DNA of 43,050 bases from a virus (Duplodnaviria; Caudoviricetes), in IMG/VR virus record IMGVR_UViG_3300033146_003090, positions 1 to 43,050 of that record. One strand, written 5' to 3'. The translations under genes were made by a program, and so were the position numbers. Below are positions 37,872 to 43,050 of the stretch, one piece after another. The notes beneath the pieces were generated by a model, which was given only the letters and a program-made list of their open reading frames with translations, ran no database searches and was not told where the DNA came from. Position 1 is the stretch's first letter, and each line of letters begins with the position of its first letter.

Positions 37872-39446
37872 ATGAGATTTAATTTCAAAAAAATCAATAC
37901 CCTGGCCAATGATATGTTTGGTTATAGGGTAAAGCCTATAGCAAAGCAAGCAGAAGATGAAGACAAAGAGATAACTGATTTACAAATTATTCAGCCTGAT
38001 CTTGAATCGGGTTCTATTATCTCAGATGAATCTGAATTTACATCTCAACAGATTGATGTTGAAACATCAATCAAGAGACAGCGAATGATCATTGAGAAAT
38101 ATCGTGAAATGTCTAAGGATGCCACTATTGATTTTGCGATCAATGAAGTAGTAAATGATGTTATCAATGTAGATGCAGAAGAAGATGTTGTGGAAATAAA
38201 TATTGCAGATGTGGATGGCATATCAGAATCTATTAGGCTGAAAATTCTTTCGGAGTGGGAATATATACATGACCTTCTGAAACTGGATGAAATGGGTCAT
38301 GAGCGACTGAGACAATACTATGTGGATGGTTCTTCATATTTCCATGTTGTAGTAAATAACAAACAACCCAAATTAGGAATCAGGCAATTGATTCCTCTGG
38401 ATCCAAGATATATCAAACGTGTACATGAGATCAAGCGAAAGAAAGATGCATTTACTGGGGTTGATACTATCATATCAAAGAAGGAATACTATGCATATTC
38501 AACTGAACCTGATGATTTATATAATGGTGGATTCCTACAGACATATGGTAGGCAACTAAAACTTGCCCCTGAGTTGGTTGTTCATGTAAATTCAGGTTTA
38601 TTTGGCTCTGGACGTGATAATGGTATGATTTATTCTCATCTTGAAGTAGCCAAAAAACCATTGAATATCCTAAATCAACTTGAAGCCACTTTATTGGTAT
38701 TTAGACTTACAAGGGCACCCAATAGGTATCTATTTTCAATTGATGTTGGGACACTCCCAAGTAAGCAAGCCAATGCTGAGGTTATGAAGTATGCCAGAGA
38801 GTATAGAACTACCGTCAATTATGATGAATCTTCTGGCGAACTATCGACTAATGGCAAGAAGATGGCTTTGACTGATAATTACTTTCTACCTCAGCGTGAA
38901 GGTAAAGGAACCAGTATAGACACTCTTGATGGTTCCACTGATTTCCTGCGCGACCTTGATGACCTTCTGTACTTTGAGAAGAAACTCAGGAGATCAACCC
39001 ATGTACCTAATGATAGATTTGAAACTGAACCTTCAATGATGGGCTCAAGACTTTCAGAAATTACCAGATCTGAGTGGAGATTCCAGAAGTTCATTCATAG
39101 GATCAGGAAAAGGTATATGAAACTATTCAAGGATGTTTTACGTACTCAATTGGTTCTCAAAAAGGTAATTACATTAGATGATTGGGATCAGCTCATAGAG
39201 CCTAATATTTCATTCATTTTCTCATCTGATTCCATTATCATTGAAATGCGCAAGGCTGAGATTCTACAAGAGAAATTATCTACTTTACAATCAACTACAG
39301 ATGGTGTAGGAAAATACTACAGTCATGAATGGATCAGACGAAATGTACTCAATCAGACTGATGCTGAAATAGAGTCTGAAGATAAGCTAATGAAAGCAGA
39401 AGAGAATGATCCAAAATATCAAGTAGTAGAGGAAGGAGGATTTTAA
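37872..39446 (+). CDS. gp20: Portal protein (T4 gp20-like)
   Basis: YREM, YVDG, LDPR, RLTRAP.R..F.IDVG.LP, LPQREGKGT.I.TL, EITR.E..F.KF. Confidence 0.96.
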   Translation: MRFNFKKINTLANDMFGYRVKPIAKQAEDEDKEITDLQIIQPDLESGSIISDESEFTSQQIDVETSIKRQRMIIEKYREMSKDATIDFAINEVVNDVINVDAEEDVVEINIADVDGISESIRLKILSEWEYIHDLLKLDEMGHERLRQYYVDGSSYFHVVVNNKQPKLGIRQLIPLDPRYIKRVHEIKRKKDAFTGVDTIISKKEYYAYSTEPDDLYNGGFLQTYGRQLKLAPELVVHVNSGLFGSGRDNGMIYSHLEVAKKPLNILNQLEATLLVFRLTRAPNRYLFSIDVGTLPSKQANAEVMKYAREYRTTVNYDESSGELSTNGKKMALTDNYFLPQREGKGTSIDTLDGSTDFLRDLDDLLYFEKKLRRSTHVPNDRFETEPSMMGSRLSEITRSEWRFQKFIHRIRKRYMKLFKDVLRTQLVLKKVITLDDWDQLIEPNISFIFSSDSIIIEMRKAEILQEKLSTLQSTTDGVGKYYSHEWIRRNVLNQTDAEIESEDKLMKAEENDPKYQVVEEGGF

Positions 39447-39874
39447 TGTCAAGGCCATATATCCCAAAATATCTCAAACTTCATGAAGTGCTGCCTAAAG
39501 ACTGCTATAAATTATGGAAGAACAAATCATATGCAATCTGGGGTCTTTTCTCTTCTGATTTACTCAAGGCGGTTGATCTATTGAGAGAAGAGTGTGGACC
39601 AGTGCTTTGTAATAACTGGTCTACAGGTGGAAATCTACAATTTAGAGGCTATAGGCCAATGGATAGTAAGGTAGGTGCTTCTCTATCTACACATAAGGCA
39701 TTTCAAGCTTTAGACCTGAATTTCAAGGAGTCCTCCGAAGCAGTTAGGCAAAGAATCTTCTCTGACCCTGATAAATATAAGATTTCATGCATTGAAATGG
39801 ATATTTCTTGGGTTCATATTGACACTCGCAACCATGATTATCAAAAATATGGAATTTTAAAAATTTACCCATAG
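39446..39874 (+). CDS. Zinc peptidase M15 family (peptidoglycan hydrolase / endolysin candidate)
   Basis: GYRP..VGAS.STH....A.D..WVHIDTR. Confidence 0.8.
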   Translation: MSRPYIPKYLKLHEVLPKDCYKLWKNKSYAIWGLFSSDLLKAVDLLREECGPVLCNNWSTGGNLQFRGYRPMDSKVGASLSTHKAFQALDLNFKESSEAVRQRIFSDPDKYKISCIEMDISWVHIDTRNHDYQKYGILKIYP

Positions 39875-39882
39875 GAGATCAT

Positions 39883-40044
39883 ATGTCTATTACTCAAAGT
39901 ATTGCAGATGGGAATTTGATTCAGGCATCCAATGAATTAAATGACTATATGTCTGAAAAAACTAATAAAATTCATAGTAACATAAAGACTTTCATTGCAG
40001 AAAATCTCAATGAGTTACTTGAACCAGAATCTGAGGAAAATTAA
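39883..40044 (+). CDS. Small acidic prohead core protein (gp67-like)
   Basis: AGGAG RBS; MSITQSIADGNLIQASNEL...EPESEEN*; gp67 position; below the ORF-track cutoff. Confidence 0.7.
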   Translation: MSITQSIADGNLIQASNELNDYMSEKTNKIHSNIKTFIAENLNELLEPESEEN

Positions 40045-40353
40045 ATGTCTATTGTTCAAGATATAGCAAAAGGTGATTTACTGAGTGCAACAATCAAAGC
40101 TGATGATAAATTCAATTCTATATCAACACTGGATGAAGCCAAAATTATTAAAGTCGTGAGACAAGGAAAAAAAGTCAAACGGGCAGTTGCCAAAGCAAAT
40201 TATAAAGTAGTAAATGGTCATTACGTCAAAATGTCCAGTAAGGAAAAAATGAATAGGAAACGGGCAGCCAAGAAGACAGCCCGAAAGCTACACTCAAAGT
40301 CCCGAGTAGCAGCCAACCGGAAACGGGCCAAATCAATGAAAAAGAGGACTTAA
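40045..40353 (+). CDS. gp68: Basic prohead core protein (gp68-like)
   Basis: LDEAKIIKVVRQG..RKRAAKK..RKRAKSMKKR; precedes gp21. Confidence 0.75.
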   Translation: MSIVQDIAKGDLLSATIKADDKFNSISTLDEAKIIKVVRQGKKVKRAVAKANYKVVNGHYVKMSSKEKMNRKRAAKKTARKLHSKSRVAANRKRAKSMKKRT

Positions 40354-40998
40354 ATGGCTAAATTATTACATGAACCTCTTATGTTGGTTGAGAGTGTAGA
40401 GCAAAATACTTCAATAGGGAAACAGATGTTTATTGAAGGGAAATACTTTTCAACTAATAAGAGAAATATCAATGGTAGAGTATACCCCAAGTTGATGATG
40501 GAATCTGTCATTGATAACTATCGAAGAGATTTTATGGATATTAATATGGCAGGTGGTGAACTCAATCATCCTAATAGACCTACATTGGATCCACATAAAA
40601 TAGCAATCAAGATAAATGATCTTGATTGGGATAATGACTATGTTACTGGGAAATCATTAGTTGTTGAAGAGATGCCAGCGGGAAAGAATGTAGGGGCATT
40701 AATGAGAGCAGGTTTCCGGATGGGAGTCAGTTCACGTGGACTTGGTTCTTTAACTGAAGATAATATAGTGATGGATGACTATGAAGTGAGAGCCATAGAT
40801 GTCGTTACCAACCCTTCTGGTGACAGCTGTTTCGTCAATGCCCTATATGAATCTACTGATTGGATCATGAAAGACGGTGTATGGCTACAGGAAACAGCTG
40901 TACAGAATCTTAACAAGAAGACAAAGAGTGAACTCTTCAATGAGTCAGTAATGATCAAGAGATTGGAGAAGTTTCTTGGGGAACTTAAACTTGCTTAA
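40354..40998 (+). CDS. gp21: Prohead protease (T4 gp21-like)
   Basis: NGRVYP, GELNHP, GVSSRGLGSL, DVVTNPS. Confidence 0.95.
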   Translation: MAKLLHEPLMLVESVEQNTSIGKQMFIEGKYFSTNKRNINGRVYPKLMMESVIDNYRRDFMDINMAGGELNHPNRPTLDPHKIAIKINDLDWDNDYVTGKSLVVEEMPAGKNVGALMRAGFRMGVSSRGLGSLTEDNIVMDDYEVRAIDVVTNPSGDSCFVNALYESTDWIMKDGVWLQETAVQNLNKKTKSELFNESVMIKRLEKFLGELKLA

Positions 40999-41001
40999 AT
41001 A
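40995..41001 (+). promoter_or_regulatory. Putative late promoter
   Basis: TTAAATA before gp22. Confidence 0.65.
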
Positions 41002-41031
41002 TAGGCAAACAACAACATAGGAGCCTAACCA

Positions 41032-41772
41032 ATGAATGAAGAATTGAAAGCACTATTCTTGGCTGAAGGAATAGAAGTTAGTGACAAATTTGCCAGTGAT
41101 CTGGTTGTGATCGTTGAATCGGGTATTGAAAAACAAGTAAGTGTTAAGTCCGCTCAGCTTGATGAAGATTACAATACCAAGGTTACTCAGCTTGATGAAG
41201 ATTACAATACCAAGGTTACTCAGCTTGATGAAGATTACAATACCAAGGTTACCCAGCTTGACGAAGACGTGGATGCATTTATTTCCAGTAAATCCAAACA
41301 GTGGCTCAATGAAAATAAAGTTGAGATTGAAAATAAAGCCAAAGTTGAATTAGCTGAAAGCCTATTCACGGGTATCAAGACCTTGGTTGAATCTCATGAT
41401 ATGGATCTGGACATGTCTAAAGCTCAGTTGATTGAAGACAAAGATGTACAGATTGACCAACTTACTGAATCAGTTAATGATTCCCTGGCCAAAGAGATCA
41501 CATTAACCAAGGAAATTGCTCAACTGAAATCAGATAAAATCATCACTGAGTGTGTTAAGGACTTGGCTGATACTGAAATTGAAAAAGTATCTGGCCTTTG
41601 CGCAAAGATGACTTACGAAACAGATGACCAGTATAGATCACTTGTTACTGAAGCAGTTCAGAGTATTCATCGTGATCCCATCAATGATCCCATCAATGAT
41701 CCCAAGAAGACATTGATCAATGAAGCTGTTGATCCTGATGTACTTGCAGTGCTTAATCTACTCAAGGGTTAA
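41032..41772 (+). CDS. gp22: Prohead core scaffold protein (T4 gp22-like)
   Basis: Acidic coiled coil, WLNENK..K.ELAES...G.K; between gp21 and gp23. Confidence 0.9.
   Translation: MNEELKALFLAEGIEVSDKFASDLVVIVESGIEKQVSVKSAQLDEDYNTKVTQLDEDYNTKVTQLDEDYNTKVTQLDEDVDAFISSKSKQWLNENKVEIENKAKVELAESLFTGIKTLVESHDMDLDMSKAQLIEDKDVQIDQLTESVNDSLAKEITLTKEIAQLKSDKIITECVKDLADTEIEKVSGLCAKMTYETDDQYRSLVTEAVQSIHRDPINDPINDPKKTLINEAVDPDVLAVLNLLKG
41155..41267 (+). repeat. 33-bp coding tandem repeat, about 3.4 copies (QLDEDYNTKVT)
   Basis: CAGCTTGATGAAGATTACAATACCAAGGTTAC[T/C] x3 plus a partial copy. Confidence 0.95.
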
Positions 41773-41781
41773 TCACATACT

Positions 41782-41788
41782 TTAAATA
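41782..41788 (+). promoter_or_regulatory. Putative late promoter
   Basis: TTAAATA before gp23. Confidence 0.7.
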
Positions 41789-41842
41789 CATATATCAAGA
41801 ACATAATTAAATCAATTTAGAAACACACAAAAGGAGTTTTAT

Positions 41843-43050
41843 ATGTTGATCACAGAAGCTGTAAAAGCAAAATGGCAAGCAGTTATGGTTGAGGATGATA
41901 AGAGCCTATCAGCCTTGTCCAAAGAAGATGTAACCATACTTATGATGGAAAATCAGAGTAAGTGGAACAAAGAAAATCTGAGTGAGTCTGTCGTTGCGAA
42001 CAATACAATGGGTTCTAATGCCATTGCAACCTGGTCACCAGTTCTCATCAAGATGGCTAAACGAATTTCATATGCAAATATTGGTTTTGATCTGATGGGT
42101 GTGCAGCCTCTAAAGACTCCCGATGGACAGATTTTTGCAATGAGAGCCAGATATGCTACTCAGAGTGGTTCTGAAGCATTCATGAATGAAGCCGTAACAT
42201 CTACATCAGGTGACCCGACAGGTTCTCATTCTGGTGACACCTCTGGTTTTCCTGCTACTCATGTTGGATCTGGTGGTACCGCTTCCAGTGTTGCTCCTGG
42301 TATGCTGACGAAAGATGCAGAGAAGTTGGGAACTACCACTGGTAATCCCTGGAAAGCAATGGCAATCAGTATTGAGAAACAGACAGTATCTGTTAAAACT
42401 CGTGCTTTGATGGCTTCCTATACCTCTGAGATTCGTGAAGACATGAAAGCCGTTCATGGTGAAGATGTTGATAAGATCCTGACCGATGTATTGACAACTG
42501 AAATTCAGGCAGAAATGAATAGAGAGTTTATTCGTCTCTGTAACATCTCAGCCAAATACGGTGGAATTGGAGTCACTAATGCTGGTGTCCTGGATATGGC
42601 CACTGATGTAACAGGTAGATGGTCTGCAGAGAAGTTTCGTGAGATGCTTTTTCAGATTGAACTTGAATCTAACTCCATTGCCCGTGAAACAAGACGTGGA
42701 AAGGGTAATAAACTCATTACTACTTCCAATGTTGCTTCTGCCCTGGCCATGGCTGGTTTACTTGATCATGCAGTTGATTATAACAAAGCAAACGGAATCA
42801 ATATGCAGTCAGTCAATGATGTAAATTCTGCATATGTTGGCACCCTGGCCACTGGTCATGCTGTATATGTTGATGCATTTGCAATGTCTGATTATATTTC
42901 CATTCATTATAAAGGTGCAAGTCCTCTGGATGCTGGTTTATTTTACTGCCCATACGTACCATTAACCATGTACCGGGCAAGTGGGGAAGAGTCCCTTTCA
43001 GATTCCAGGATTGGTTTTAAAACCAGATATGGTATCTGTGCAAACCCCTT
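41843..43050 (+). CDS. gp23: Major capsid protein (T4 gp23-like), 3' partial
   Basis: Own translation: MLITEAVKAKWQ..GVQPLKTPDGQIFAMRARY..EIQAEMNRE..RRGKGN..FYCPYVPL..IGFKTRYG..ANP; runs off the window; AGGAG RBS. Confidence 0.97.
   Translation, partial: MLITEAVKAKWQAVMVEDDKSLSALSKEDVTILMMENQSKWNKENLSESVVANNTMGSNAIATWSPVLIKMAKRISYANIGFDLMGVQPLKTPDGQIFAMRARYATQSGSEAFMNEAVTSTSGDPTGSHSGDTSGFPATHVGSGGTASSVAPGMLTKDAEKLGTTTGNPWKAMAISIEKQTVSVKTRALMASYTSEIREDMKAVHGEDVDKILTDVLTTEIQAEMNREFIRLCNISAKYGGIGVTNAGVLDMATDVTGRWSAEKFREMLFQIELESNSIARETRRGKGNKLITTSNVASALAMAGLLDHAVDYNKANGINMQSVNDVNSAYVGTLATGHAVYVDAFAMSDYISIHYKGASPLDAGLFYCPYVPLTMYRASGEESLSDSRIGFKTRYGICANP

Noticed and set aside
41155-41267. 33-bp repeats as a CRISPR array
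   Set aside because: No spacers; in-frame coding tandem repeat
56-42457. Many short minus-strand and alternate-frame ORFs in the track
   Set aside because: They overlap well-supported + strand genes and lack RBS or motifs; only 31969-32346 is credible
1-43050. Stop-codon reassignment
   Set aside because: Core genes are full length in the standard code and end in TAA, TAG and TGA
1-43050. tRNA or rRNA genes
   Set aside because: No cloverleaf with T-loop and acceptor stem recognised in the intergenic gaps by eye

Overview
43 kb of an AT-rich T4-like (T4 supergroup) myophage genome, almost all on the + strand, standard genetic code. It holds the replication module (gp45, gp44, gp62, regA, gp33, gp32, gp43, fused gp39+60, gp52, gp61, a RuvC-like resolvase, an SF1 helicase), nucleotide metabolism genes (dUTPase, dCMP deaminase, ThyX-like, Nudix) and the start of the morphogenesis block (gp16-17-18-19-20, gp67/68-like, gp21, gp22, partial gp23), with gp15 displaced into the replication region. 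Thirteen sigma70-type TTGACA-N17-TAnnnT promoters precede non-structural genes, and a TTAAATA motif (probable late promoter) precedes structural genes. The most notable locus is 20.6-27.0 kb: a macrodomain gene, a 1096-aa protein with a T4 Alt-like N-terminus and internal repeats, an in-frame separate R-S-E ADP-ribosyltransferase, and a PI3K/HipA-like kinase. This looks like a split, virion-borne Alt-type effector flanked by early post-translational modification enzymes. Also seen: a 23-bp element repeated in inverted orientation 24 kb apart and overlapping IHF-like sites, a candidate structured RNA upstream of regA, an Hc1 histone H1-like gene, a ThyX-like/L7-L12-like fusion and a nested insertion in the tail sheath. 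All assignments come from motif recognition by eye; no searches were run.
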